Below are positions 14,001 to 26,831 of a stretch of DNA of 64,000 bases, in pieces. This DNA is from Bigelowiella natans CCMP2755 (taxonomy: Eukaryota; Protista; Cercozoa). A program made the translations under genes and the position numbers. The stretch covers positions 1 to 64,000 of the forward strand of contig ADNK01003167.1 of NCBI GenBank assembly GCA_000320545.1. The letters are read 5' to 3'. Position 1 is the stretch's first letter, and the number at the start of each line of letters is the position of its first letter. The notes under the pieces were generated by a model. The model had not been told where the DNA came from. It searched no databases and saw only the letters and a list, made by a program, of their open reading frames with translations.

Positions 14001-14632
14001 CATATCCGGATTCGAGTACTACATTACGGCCCTTCGGTCCCAGAGTTACTCCAACAACTGTTGCAAGCTGTTGTTCCCCCACACATCACCACCATTAATA
14101 TTATTATCACGGAATTTCAGCAGCAGTAGCAATGTCTCACATTGGCTACCGAATAAGATATTGAGAACTTAAAAGCTGCAAATGTTCTTATTTTCTTCTC
14201 TTGTTCTTATTTTCTTTCCCTGTCCCTTCTAAATTTCACTTCTGACTTATGTGAATACTCTACCTTTTCAACCCCAGCAAGCATTTGACGGAGCGCATGG
14301 TAGTCGTTGTGATTGAAGTGCAAGGTTTTTGCATGGGTCTTCAAGGAGTCGCGGCGATTTTCACCTCCAAATGAACCACGGTGCTGGAACGGCATGAAAG
14401 TCTGCTGCGAAATAACTCTAGATCCTCTTGTGCTGACACCATTACTTAGTTGGTTGTTGGTTTCCCCCGGAAGGATTTGCGATAGAGCCATCATACCCAA
14501 TCCAGCCAACAGCACAAAGGTAGCACATCGGTTCTTCCAACGCCGAGACAAGGGAAGCGGTAACCCCTTCGTTCCAATGGCTACGGGAGGCTCGTCAAGA
14601 GCGTCGTATGACGGATAATTGCTGGAATGCAT
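10254..14632 (-). CDS. CPN60B: Plastid chaperonin 60 beta subunit (GroEL family), multi-exon, with bipartite presequence
   Basis: Exons read [85 protein letters not shown] and end MPPMGY*. Hydrophobic [16 protein letters not shown] is followed by an S/R-rich transit-like segment. Confidence 0.95.
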
Positions 14633-15264
14633 AACCTAGATTGTTATCGTACACCAGCTTTAGTTCATAGTGGGGTACTCTCCTTGTACATCATCACAAT
14701 CCAGTGCAAGAAAATTGACAGTAAGAAAGTTCGGGTAGAAGCAAGTTAAAGAACAAAATCATAGTGTAGAAATGATCGCTATAGCCTAGCAGAGGGTACG
14801 ATGATAATCAAGATGGGCGAATATGCGCAGCTAAAGGAGGGAGGGGTACACCAAGCTGCGGTGGATACCTTTGAAGATTTAAGCAACAAATCAGGAATTC
14901 ATGAATGCCGTTAAATATATGTTTTATTATTTGTGATAATCATGTCGCAAGAATAAAAATAATAGCATTTGTTAAAAATATGAACAAGTTTTGCTTTAAC
15001 CTGTATAATGAGCTGTATCCCATTCTGAAATCCAGATATGCAAGGGTACCTATAAGAATGTCCTTTTGCCAATTTCCATGGCATTTTTGCTATTACAGCA
15101 GCTCCGTTCACCGCTACTGCTTGTTTGTTGAACCAAATTAATATTTATGAAGGAACTCCAACCGCTGAAACCCATAGTTCAGAGCTTTAGATGTTAGTCG
15201 TAATTAAAACGTTTTTTCCAAATCAGATGCTATTTCTAGCGTACGTCAAGGCACATCTTCCATT

Positions 15265-15871
15265 ATGAGGAAGTTTAGGCGAAAAGGGAGAACTCGGTCG
15301 AAAGCCCAACTCCTATTCGCTCCTCCTCATCCATCATTGTGCATGCAAGCTGCACGTAGAGCTCTTACAGACGTCCTTCACAATACCTTTAACGCCTCAA
15401 TGCATAGAAAAGAGCGAGGTGAGTACAGGGGGGAAATTCCAAGATGCTACAAGAGTTCAAGCTCCAGGCGGGGTGGATATGTTCCAGGAAGGAGAGGCGG
15501 ATACGTTCGGGCGAGCAGCATTTCCAGACCCCCTCCCCTTCCTTATGTTCCTTCTACTTCCTTTGCTAGCACAACAACAATGTCATGGTTTCGCCAGAAT
15601 ACCGAGCATCGACCAGCAACGGGACGGCGACAGGGGGGTAGCAACACCGGTGTTAGATACTATTCAAAGGAGGACAAGGGCTCCTTGTTTAGTGACGACA
15701 CTGCTTCATATCATCATGATCATCAGCATGATCGGAGCAAGCGAGAAGTTCGAAGGTTCACAAGCGATAATGATTGCGATCGCTTGAACAAAAGACATCA
15801 CGTTCAGGATTCTCATTGCAAACGGGACCAGAGGATGATTGCGAGAGAAAATAATAATAATAATCGGACAA

Positions 15872-15905
<34 letters not shown>

Positions 15906-16856
15906 TCGAACAACTTTGCCGACGACGCCTCTCGAACAACCACCTTATGATCATATATATCACAAATACGAGCCCCTACGCTACTTGGAACCGAAACTAA
16001 GGAAGCGAGAGGTGAGAGGATTCTGTAGTAGGGATAGTCGTATTTCTGAATAATTATGATGCTATTGTTGCTGGAAAGCTCGATCACGTAATCATCTCTC
16101 ATTTTTTTGTGTTCAGCCCTTTTGTGTTATTATCGTGTGGATGCAAGAAAAATAAAGCGTATTGCTCGTGATTTTATTCGGATAAATAGATAATAATGCC
16201 ATTTCATTTGTTCTTAACTTTGATGATGATGATAACTATTATTACCAGTCGAAGGCCTACGCAGCGGCGGGCATATTAGCATGTAGGTTGGTACGATCCT
16301 CAGAGGAGAAGGAGGATGATGATACTAGTACAGATGTATGCAAGAAGCAGAAGAACAAGAAACAGCACCTAGAAATTCTTCTTGGGATGGAGACCCATAG
16401 AGGTATGTATGATGAAACCACGTATCACGACGAAAGCTATAGTAGTAGTTGTAGCAGTAGTAGTAGTAATATAAGTAGTAGTAGTAGTTACCTCTTTGTT
16501 GTATAGCATCGTCGTATACTGTGTCAGATAAATCATTTTTCATAAACTTTTCTCTTCAATATGGGCTGTCTATGAAGAAAACAAAGGGTATGATTTTATA
16601 TTTCTCCATACATATAATCTTGATCATCTTCGTGTAGGCAATGGATCTCCCCAATGGAATTTTCTAGGTGGCAAACGTGAATATGCTTATCCATATGAGC
16701 ACCATCGTCGTCGTCATCATCATCACTCTCCTCGAGCTGATTGGTGAGTGGATGGATGATGATGAAAATCAGCTGCTGTTATTTGGATTATAACCGCCGT
16801 ACACGTATTATTATGATGGATAGAATGGACACCGTCCTCCTCCTTCTCCTCCTCCT

Positions 16857-16888
<32 letters not shown>

Positions 16889-18496
16889 TTACTACTACAA
16901 ATAATAATAATAATAATAATCATCATCATCTCTCTATTCTACTCTAACAGCGAGCCACGAGAGACGGCTATACGAGAACTTGATGAAGAAACAAACCACA
17001 TCCTCACCCTCAAGGAGCAGGTTTTTCTGATACATAGCAAGTATTTCATCATGTGATGACGTGTATTATGTGTAGGCAAATATTTGGATGAATTTGGGCC
17101 CTGCTTATTGGTAATAAATAAATGAAAAAAGAAAGAAATACGGATGTTACAGAGATCATCACCCATAATAACTTAATATACATATCATCATCATACCACA
17201 TGATCATTCATCAGCAGTAACGACATCTTACTACATGCTTGTCTTTCTTGGGACTATATATTACTACTATATGTATTATATCATGTACTCAAACTTAATG
17301 TTTTATATACATACTGAAGAGACTGCCGACTGCTTGCGTCGTCAAAACAGGGCAAAACACGATCTTATGCCTTGTTATCATGTGCTTCTTTAAGGTTCCC
17401 AGGGGGGCGATATGTGTTGTATTTCTACATGTTCTCAAAAGCAAGAACAACGGAGCAAGGTGCTAACAAAACGATAGAAGGAGGAGGATGTTTGGATCCT
17501 GATGTGTATTAACCAATCCTCATTATCATCCGTCATTATCATCAACAACGTATGAGTATATGATTATCATCCGTACGTTATTTATCATCAATAACGTATG
17601 TATATGTATATCAGATTCGAATAACATTCGCAAGAGATTTCACCAACACTCTAATAATGAGAATAAGGTAGTTGTTCCATACTACTTCCACACGTAAAAT
17701 ATATATCCACAACAACAAAGCGAGAACATCATGGATTGGGACGATGATGTCGTCTTGCGAATGATATCATGATCATACTCATAATAAGCAAGAATATAAT
17801 TGTTCTTAAAATTATTTATAATTACTTTCTCCTCCTTTAATGAATAATAATAACACTGAAGGTACGTGACATTCAGTGGATATCACTCAAGAGAATTAAA
17901 AAGGCAATAGAGGCAGAGCAGAAGAATCAAACACAACAACAACATCAACATCACGAGCAAGAAGCATGCTCTCATAACACGGAAATTAATATGAGGAATG
18001 ATGGCAGTAGTAGTAGCAGCAGCAGTAGAACAAGTCTCATACTTTACCAGTTTTGCTATGAGGTAGTATCAGTTATTTGTAAGTACCAGTACTTGGTTAG
18101 ACTACTATTTATCAATAGAAACAACATTAGGCTACTATTTAGAAATAGGAAATAAATTACTATGATAGCATTTCATGATTATCATCATCTTTCCGGTTGT
18201 TGTTGGATAGTAGTAGTAGTAGTATTAGTAGTAGTAGCATTCCCATGTGTTTATATAAATTGCTGGTCTGATCATATTTCTCCTCCTCCCCCTCCTATAT
18301 TAATAAGATCCTGAGCGATTCGTTGGTTATGGATTATTTAGAGCGCCTCGAGAATAAAAGTAGTGGTAGCAGCAGCAGCAGTAGTAGTATGATGATTATC
18401 TTAATAATGGTGGTGGTGATGATGATGATGATGAACACTTATATGGGATGCATAGAAGAAGAAGAAGAAGAAGAAGAAGAAGAAGAAGAAGAATAG
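15265..18496 (+). CDS. Nudix hydrolase family protein, multi-exon; ends uncertain
   Basis: Exons read AYAAAGILA (~16250), ILLGME, WNFLGGKRE (~16655-16680) and EPRETAIRELDEETNHI (~16951-17000), forming a split Nudix box. Low-complexity RGG-containing N-terminus. Confidence 0.7.
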
Positions 18497-19099
18497 AAGG
18501 GAAAGGAGGAGGAGGAGAAGAAGAAGGAGGAGGAGGAGGAATAGGAGGGGGATGAGCTAAAGGCGATCAATGTTTGCGATGACACTAATATATAAAACGA
18601 CCACAGATGAAGAACAAGAACAAGAACAAGGAGAACGGGATAATAATAATGATGATGATGATGATCACTATAGGCTGCTGTTGAAAAAAAGTGCTTGTCA
18701 TAACGACTCAGGTATTAGAGTGACCAACAAAATCATTGGCCAATTCATCATACACACGCAGTGCCTAATTATCCAAACTTAGTGTACTCATTATAACCCC
18801 AGATGAAAAACCACCACCACCACTACCACCATCATCATCATCATCATCATCATCATGAATAAACCATTTTCTCCCTCCCATCTCCAACTAGGTTATTCGT
18901 CGTCGTCGTTAACAATTATACCCCACTACATCATGGAGGCTCTGACCAAACGAAGAAAGAGCAGGAAGAAAAGGAATAAGAGGAAAAAGGCTAAGGAGGG
19001 GGAGCTGCTACTGAAGAGTAAAATCAATAACAGAGATGATGATGCTGAGAAATGGAAACGGCACCGGAGAAGGGCGAGAAAGAGGAGAAATAATGAAGA

Positions 19100-19880
19100 G
19101 AAGGTATGAAAATGATCGCAGAGCGAGACCAGGGTGCAGAAACAAATAACACTCGATGGCTCGAGCATTCACACTAACAACTGAATTTGACCACCGTGGC
19201 TAGCTACTACAAGTCTATACGACAATGCTACGTACTTTTGTGTGTGAGACAACATCATGCATGCGTCGATTATTCATTCACCAGAACGGTTGCTAGCCAT
19301 GTACTAGTGTACGTCATTATTGCAGGCACTGATGCATGCGCGTTCATGACCTTCCACGTAGTCCACCGCTACAGAACGCGACAGCCTACACGACCGCACC
19401 GCCCATGCTGCGTGCAATGGTGTGCAGACCTTGTGAACGCTGCGCTGATGAGGTGTACGAGTATGATGATGGGGGAATATTGTGTCACTGATGAGGTGTA
19501 CAAGTATGATGATGGAGGGCATGTGCACTATAATAAGCGCTTCATCATGCGACGCATTTTATTTGCAGACGACCGTAGAACCGCGCCAGCTAGAGGATAC
19601 ATACTCTCACTTGTCGTTATGCGTCAATGTCTGATTACATTTCTACTGCATGCTACTAGTAGAATCTATTCTGCTGCTGCAAGTTTTTCGTCCAGTAGCC
19701 TACACACATTGTTAGCAGAACACGTCACAAAGATTCACGTGAGTATTGGTGTTTCTCGCTACATCAACATCGCTTATCACATTCAATTCTCAAGAGAAAT
19801 TCTCTCATTGCATGAATTTCTGCACTAGCCCGATGATCATCAGAATGGATACTGTGAATGAGAAATATATGACACACACA

Positions 19881-19956
<76 letters not shown>

Positions 19957-19970
19957 TTTCATTACATCCG

Positions 19971-20008
<38 letters not shown>

Positions 20009-20095
20009 GATAAATGATATAGCCGTTGCATTGCATAGCTACATTAGGATGACAATTGAAAAAATTTAAACATTTCATTACATCCGTCTTATATG
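19100..20095. mobile_element. Probable degenerate element ending in the TIR-family terminus (copies at ~19955-19975 and ~20020-20095)
   Basis: catttcattacatccgtct occurs twice. The ~70-bp segment 20020-20090 matches the reverse complement of 41268-41335. Moderate TG/CA enrichment at 19190-19830. Confidence 0.4.
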
Positions 20096-21652
20096 ATAAA
20101 TGAAAACAATAGCATACTGAGTGCTTAAGTCCCAAAGCTTTTGCGCCGATTGATAATCTCGCCCTGCTGGTGATACTTGTTGTTGTTCACAATCCACCAT
20201 ATAGCTACCGCTCACAACCTAATCATATTATTCCATTTATAATGTCATAGCATAGTGACGAATGGTGATGGTGATGATGATGATGATGATGATGACGATC
20301 ATGGTGATGCTGTGCTAGATTATAGCTATAAAGAGAATGATATGTCTATAATTATCAAAATCTCACTGCATCATTACTGTTACTACAACCTGCGGTGCTA
20401 CAGCTGCATATATCAGTGTTCTTGCTCCTTCCTCAGGTGACTTCAGTATTAGGGAGGATGATGAAGAAACGAGGGCGTCAAGAAAGCTGCGGCTGCTTCC
20501 AGAGTAGTCATCAGCGATTGAGGAGGAAGTAGAAGTAGACGTTTGTGAAGGCAAAAGCTCACGGAATAGCTGGGTAGCAACTACTCCTAACATCCACCAA
20601 AAACAGCATTTAGGTTGTAAAAATTCACGGCTTTGAAGCAAATATATAAGGATCAAAAGGTTGGTTGTCGACATAGAACGATGATGATTTCTTATCTATC
20701 GTAGAACGATGATGATTTCTTATCTATCATAGAACGATGATGATTTCTTATCTATCGTAGAACGATGATGATTTCTTATCTATCGTCGTAGTTACCACAG
20801 TAACTGCTGCAGAATGGAATACACTAATGTCATACACTACAAATACTACTACCAGGATGTATTGCAATGGATTTGATCCAAGGAGTACCCTGCTTTTCCA
20901 TCTCCACAGCCTATAAATTAATAACCCATAAAACTCATCATATCAGTGGTGATAAGAGAAAAGCTGCTGCTGAAATTGTGCTTGTCAATACTTTCTTCTT
21001 TTTAATTTGTGTCGCTTCATTTACTCTTCCTTATTCCGGTCTATATTCTCTTACCAGCTGACGGGCAAAAAGCAAGTTATATAGCTTCGAACGGCCATAG
21101 TTTGCATTGGAGCTGAACTTGCTAGTGATGGATGTTATTATTGAGACAATATTAAAAGAAGAAGCAAGCAGTAAACGCTAAATATTCATATCGATATGAA
21201 CAACCAAAGTAGAATATCGAAGACAATTCATTACAATGATAATGATTGCAATTAAAGAAGTAAAAGCGCAATTACCAGAATGGTGAACAATCACGGCTAC
21301 CTACTCCTCCTTTAGTTTCTAACATTTCAAATCTTTCCTTAACCTTCTCTCCCAGTTGACATCATTTAGCTGTTGTTCGATGGAATTTCTATCAGCCTCA
21401 AATGCGTGGGCAAGTGATGACGTTGTGACGACCCTGCTTGAGATCGATCAAATGTTGTTGTTTTTTTTGTATCAGGATATCAAATTATTAATTGGAATTA
21501 TTTGTAGATTCTCTGTTATCTACTTCTAATTACTCACAATTAGCTCAGAGATACCCACCTTGATGCCAAGGCCATATTAGGTATTAACTCACGTGTAAGG
21601 AGAAAGTGCGACAAATGGTTAACTTGGAAAGCAGATTCAAGCCCATCTGTAA

Positions 21653-21685
<33 letters not shown>

Positions 21686-23971
21686 GTGATCACTGCTGCA
21701 TAATGATTCATAGCGATTGATCATCAAATGTCCTGTTTAATTTGCATAACACAATGTTTTTTCACATTGCTCATCATCGTATAGAGTGTAGGAAGAGGAC
21801 AAGAATAATCATGGGGAGGTACGATATAAAAGAAAAGGTGCTCACATTGAATTAATGAAGGCTGTGGGGACAAGACAACAAATATCAAATATCCGGATTT
21901 TCATCACCATTGGTAAGTCTTAAGGAATTTGGCCATATTCCAGCATTATTCACTAAGCAGCGTATCTTCTTCCCCTACAAGTAGAAGAAATTCAAGAAGA
22001 AGAAGAAAAGAAGTTGAAAAGAAGATAAATCCATCATTGTTAGCACCAAGGACAACGGATCAAGCTCATTTAAAAGAAGAAGAAATATATGAGGTATCAT
22101 TTGTTTCCCTCCTCCTCCTCCTCCTCCTCCTCCTCCTCCTCCTCATCCTCATCCACCACCGCCTTTTCTTCTTCTTCTACATGTTTAACTTCTCCTCTCT
22201 CTTTTTGTTAGATTCTTTCTCCTATTTAGCGCGGGGTAGAATACACACACAACAACCACCTCCATTGAAGAAGCCCTTTTCCTCAAATATTTGGCTGCTT
22301 GTTGAATGGACTGGAGAGATTCAAGGTCGGCCTCAATGAACTCAAAATTGGCATCAATATCCATCGATGGCGCTATACTGAATATGTAAAGAATAGCAGT
22401 AGTAGTAGTAGTGATAGTAGTAGTAGGAGGAAAAAAAATATTAACAAGACGATAGATGTATATATGCTGGGTAGAAATTCGAATTGTTAGTATATGTGAT
22501 TGATGTTACCGTTTAAGCTCCAATCTGACGCGTTCTCCTTTCTATGTGGTGATATGGCAATTGATGAATGCCAACAATATTTATAGCAGTATCAAGTAGG
22601 GAGAAACAAATTCGTATACTACTAATACTTACTACCGATGGATCCCTTCCAATTAATGACACAAACGCCCCTTGTTTTGCGAAGAACTCAACAGCTTGTT
22701 TGCCAATCCCCTTATTATTTATGTAATGTCATGTCATAATGTACTACGATTAATGAAGAAATATGAACATTGATAAGGAATAATTATCAAAAATGAGAGA
22801 AGAATTGAATGTTTAGAGACTACTAAATGAGAATCATCGCTTTAGTGCTAGTACCTCAGTACCTCCGGTGATGACAACCCAATCTCCAGATTGAATAAAA
22901 TAATCATCTTTGCGGAGCTGAGACAGCTTGTCGTTTCTAGTAACTTTGTACTATATCAGGAAGAAAAAGAAGAAGAAGAAGAAGAAGAAGAAGAAGAAGA
23001 AAAGTAAAAGAGAGTAATAAGATCGTTTCTCCTCAAAATTCGGTTCGGAAGGTAGCGACGACAGATGATGATCTAGATTTACCTACCGTCAACATTGTTT
23101 TATTAAATATAATCCTCCCTTCTTCTTTAGTTTGTTTTTGGATTGACTGGCACCCTTCGTCTTCAATTAGCTTGGAAGCTGGCACATACATACATACATA
23201 CATACATACATACATACTACCTTGAGGCGCCTCAAGAACTCATCCCGAGAGCTATCGAGAGTGTAAATTGTGTTCTGTAAGCTGAACAGCAACAACAATT
23301 GGAAATAGTCAGAAACTGCATACACGAAGGGAGGCCATGTTATGAAAAACACGTCACATGGTCAATGTTGGAACTTGCGAACTACAATTGTTATGCTTAT
23401 TTAAGCTCATCGGTGTTATTTATTCTATGACGCTCATCATCAAGACTTGATAAACAACACAAGAATACTACTTATCAAAGAAGATCTCCTCTGGGGTTAA
23501 TACTGTCTTCCTATTCTCTCCAAAATCTTGCTTTTTGTCCTCCTTATTCTCATGCTGTTGCTTCAAACCATTGCTACTATGTCTAGTACTACTCGACGAG
23601 AGAACACGAGTAGTAGAAGTAGTAGAAGGAGAAGTAGCTCTTTGGAACCGATGATGTGACGACCGACAACGAGCAGATACCACTTCCACTGAGGGGGTAG
23701 ATCGACGACTTAGTTGCCCAAATTGTAGATGTTGACAACCCTGTTGCTGCTGCTTCTGCTGTGGGACTAGCAAGAGTAGTGGAGACGGTATTATTATCGG
23801 GGGGAGGAAGGAGGCTGATGACGTCGAAGATGATGATGATGTTTCTGCGTTCACAACAACACAGATAATAACCACTGCTGCGCTGATAGCAGACGCAAGG
23901 AGAACAGGCAACGATGCAGCAGCACCAGCAGGTATGGTTGTCAAAATCCTATTCTCCTTTCTCGTCATCAT
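20078..23971 (-). CDS. Short-chain dehydrogenase/reductase (retinol dehydrogenase/WWOX-like), multi-exon, with signal plus transit-like N-terminus
   Basis: VVITGGTE|GIGKQ (TGxxxGIG), ADLESLQSI, LVNNAGIW, DGLESAFQVNHLSHFLLT, RVVTTSSLAH, YGRSKLYN (YxxxK), IHPG|VVATQL, KSPEEGARTLIYAA, AQKLWDLS. Confidence 0.9.
20674..20785. repeat. Intronic minisatellite, 4 x 28 bp
   Basis: Unit tagaacgatgatgatttcttatctatc(g/a), directly repeated four times. Confidence 0.95.
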
Positions 23972-24105
23972 GTTTGGAAATGAAGAATTCCCAACACCCT
24001 CGTCGTCGGGAGCTGTGGCTGAGAATTAGTGGTGCAGAAAACAATAACTGACTTCAATTTCTGGTAATTTCTCATGGAAAATCCTTGTCGCACACCTAAA
24101 TCACC

Positions 24106-25940
24106 TTGGAAACCCATGATCTTCTTGCGGGATTCAGATGCTGTGGCTGGACGCTTGACGCTGAACCATTCGGATTTCGGCATTTCCACATCTTCAACCT
24201 GTGCCAAGTGTTGCATCTCTGCAAGGCCCAAAACCAAGGATCCATGGTTGCTTTCGTTGACCTACGCAAAGCCCATGACAAAGTTTGGATCCAAGGTCTA
24301 CGAGCCAAGCTGCCAAGGAGTGGTGTGACGGGCAGAATGCACAACCTCCTCAAGAATGCACTGGCCTCCCAATCCCGCAGGGCCAGGTCCCCGATTGATC
24401 AATCTCTGAGCCAACCCTTCCACGTCAACCAAGGTCTCCCTCAAGGTGCCCCGGAATCACAAGTTCCACTTGCTCTGTTCATCAACGACCTCACAGAACG
24501 GCTGAGACAGCGTGGTTGTGGCGTCCAGTTTGCCAACACTCGCAGACCAGGTCTCTTCTTTGCAGACGACATCGCTCTGGTTGCTGCCACTCCTCTAGAC
24601 ATCAAGCTGCCCCTTGAAGTGACGACTCAATGGTGCAGAGAATGGAGACTCAAGGCCAACGGAGACAAGTCTGGCACCACGATTGTCGAGTCTTCTGTTC
24701 TCAAACAGGAGTGTTCACGATGTGAGTTCAGGTGTTGTGGGGAATTGATGCGCGCAGTGAACCAACATCGATGCTTGGGAATTGCCTTCCAAAGCTCCTT
24801 GTCATTCCACACACACATCATGGACACTGTGAAAGCAGCGAAGCGAGCTTCCGGCAGGCTCAAGTGTGGCTTTGCTGGGCACTCAGGCCTCCGACCCAGA
24901 ACACGGATCCATCTTTGGAATGCTCTCGTGCGCCCCACTCTTGAGTGTGGCATGGGTCTGATTTGTCCCACTCTGCCTCAATGTCTCAAAAACCGGCTGC
25001 AGAGTGTCCAGACTCAGTTCCTCAGAGAGACTCTTCGTGCCCATGGCCAACCACTGTGTTTCCTGTTGTCTGAGTGTGGCCAGGAAGGTTCACAGGCCCG
25101 CTGGGACAAGTCTCTCATGAGCCTCCTGAGCAGGATGCGTCAGCAACCTGATGAATCCATGACAAAGGATCTTCCACACCTGTCCCTGGATCAGGCTGAT
25201 GCTCTGTGCTCAAGTTGGGGTCACAACGTTGGGTCTGTTCTTCACCGTGTCACTGGCTGTGACCAACCTGCCTGTGGCTTTGACCTGTTGGTCAACTTGG
25301 ACCAGTCCTGTCCAAAACTGGTTGATGTTGACCTCAATCGTGGAATCAGGGCTCATCTGTCCACCAATGGCAACTTGTGTCGCAGCTTTTGTTCGTTCGT
25401 CAAACCCGACACCCCAATTTGCAAATCCAGAGCCTGGGCGAGGAGCCACATTGGAAGACCAGCTTCCAGATTGTTTGAGTGTTGCCTTGATGATTGGCAT
25501 GACAATTCAGGTGTGTTGCTCAAACTTCAGCTCCGCTCTGGGACTTGCGAAACTGAGGAGCACAGGGCTGAAGTTTGCAACTTGCCCCCCTCTTTCTCGG
25601 TGTGTCCTCTTTGCAATGCTGAAGTTGTTCAAAGTGTCAACCACCTCATCCATCATTGCACTCACTTGAATGCAGAGAGATGCAAGCTTCTCTCGCACAT
25701 GAGATCAGCTCTGGCCGATCCGATCGATCGTTGACCATCGCACAGACACAGCCTTTGGGAAGCAATTGGTTCGCTTGGATGCATTGCGTCGCTGCCATGT
25801 TGCTGCTAGCTAGCTAGTCATGCTGTTTCACAACAGCCATGATGCCAATTCTCAAAACGTGCTGGTTTCTGCACAGTTTCACCAGTCAGTTCGAGGCACT
25901 GCGTTTCGCACTGCAGTCCATCATCAAGTTTCTTTCTTTC
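24106..25940 (+). mobile_element. 5'-truncated non-LTR retrotransposon (LINE) remnant: RT domain, C-terminal zinc knuckle, 3' motif and (TTTC) tail; TpA-hypermutated
   Basis: ORF 24106-25734 contains AFVDLRKAHDKV, GLPQGAPES, LFINDL, LFFADDIALV, HRCLGI, LVRPTLECG and CPLC..VNHLIHHC. 3' motif cagttcgaggcactgcgtttcg at ~25888, then tttctttctttc. Confidence 0.92.
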
Positions 25941-26831
25941 AAAGTTGATCACGACTTTCATCAATTCGATGCTGCTGATCCGATGCACTCCCGCTTCGGA
26001 CCCGAGCACACTTCGCGTGCTGTGCAGCAGTGCATGACAATCAATCCATGCGTGGCGCGCAGATGTCATGGCGATGTGCGAATGGGATCATGTTGCAGGA
26101 TGGGTGCCGCAATGCGACATCAATGACCCTAATGCGACATCAATTGATGCAGAACGAACAACATCACACATGACTTTGTTCATTTGCATTCATTCACACA
26201 GCAAATGCATGGGTGCGACGCAGTGACAACGCGAAGGAATGTTGCAACGAAGTAGCTGTTCATCATCAAATGTGGCTGTTTGCACATGCTGTGAAAATTG
26301 GCACCAGTAGTGACAACGATGATCCGGGAGGTGACCAAATCCAAACGAAGCTGAGATGTATGGAAAATAAACTACATCCACGCTCGCTCAAGGGCATCAT
26401 CATCATCAAGATGTTCATAATTCAAGACAACATCATTTTGAAGTCAGTGGATCCATATGCAAATGCTAAGGCCAGTAGAAGAGACTGGTTGTTCTAGTTC
26501 TCGTCGCTGTCATCCAGTGACAAGCCCTTAGATCGCAATTAAGCCTGTCTATACCATGTTAATAATTTATTTCTACATGAATAGGCTAATCTATTGTACT
26601 TCTAGGTTGCTCGCGAAATAATATCTGAAGGTCGCTCTAAATTTATTGATCATCGGATTCATGAGGACCTCTAAAGTTTGATCCTACACGGTCACACCAC
26701 GCTGTAATTATTAACTGGTCTTGTGGCACGGAGAGCCTTAATAAATACACAATATTTACTGTGAAGAAATAATATCTTTGCTACTACATTAGCTCTATTC
26801 CTAGCCGGCTGATTCTGCAACCATTGTATTG

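Noticed and set aside
20674-20785. CRISPR-like array
   Set aside because: The 28-bp units are contiguous with no spacers and lie inside a eukaryotic intron.
24106-25734. CpG decay or classical RIP as the cause of the TG/CA excess
   Set aside because: CpG remains common, TpA is lost rather than gained, and Tyr->His/Cys requires T->C or A->G.
24106-25734. Alternative genetic code, or ADAR editing of the retro-RNA
   Set aside because: Neighbouring genes use Tyr normally. Both A->G and T->C products occur on the same strand and in non-retro DNA, whereas editing one RNA strand would give one polarity.
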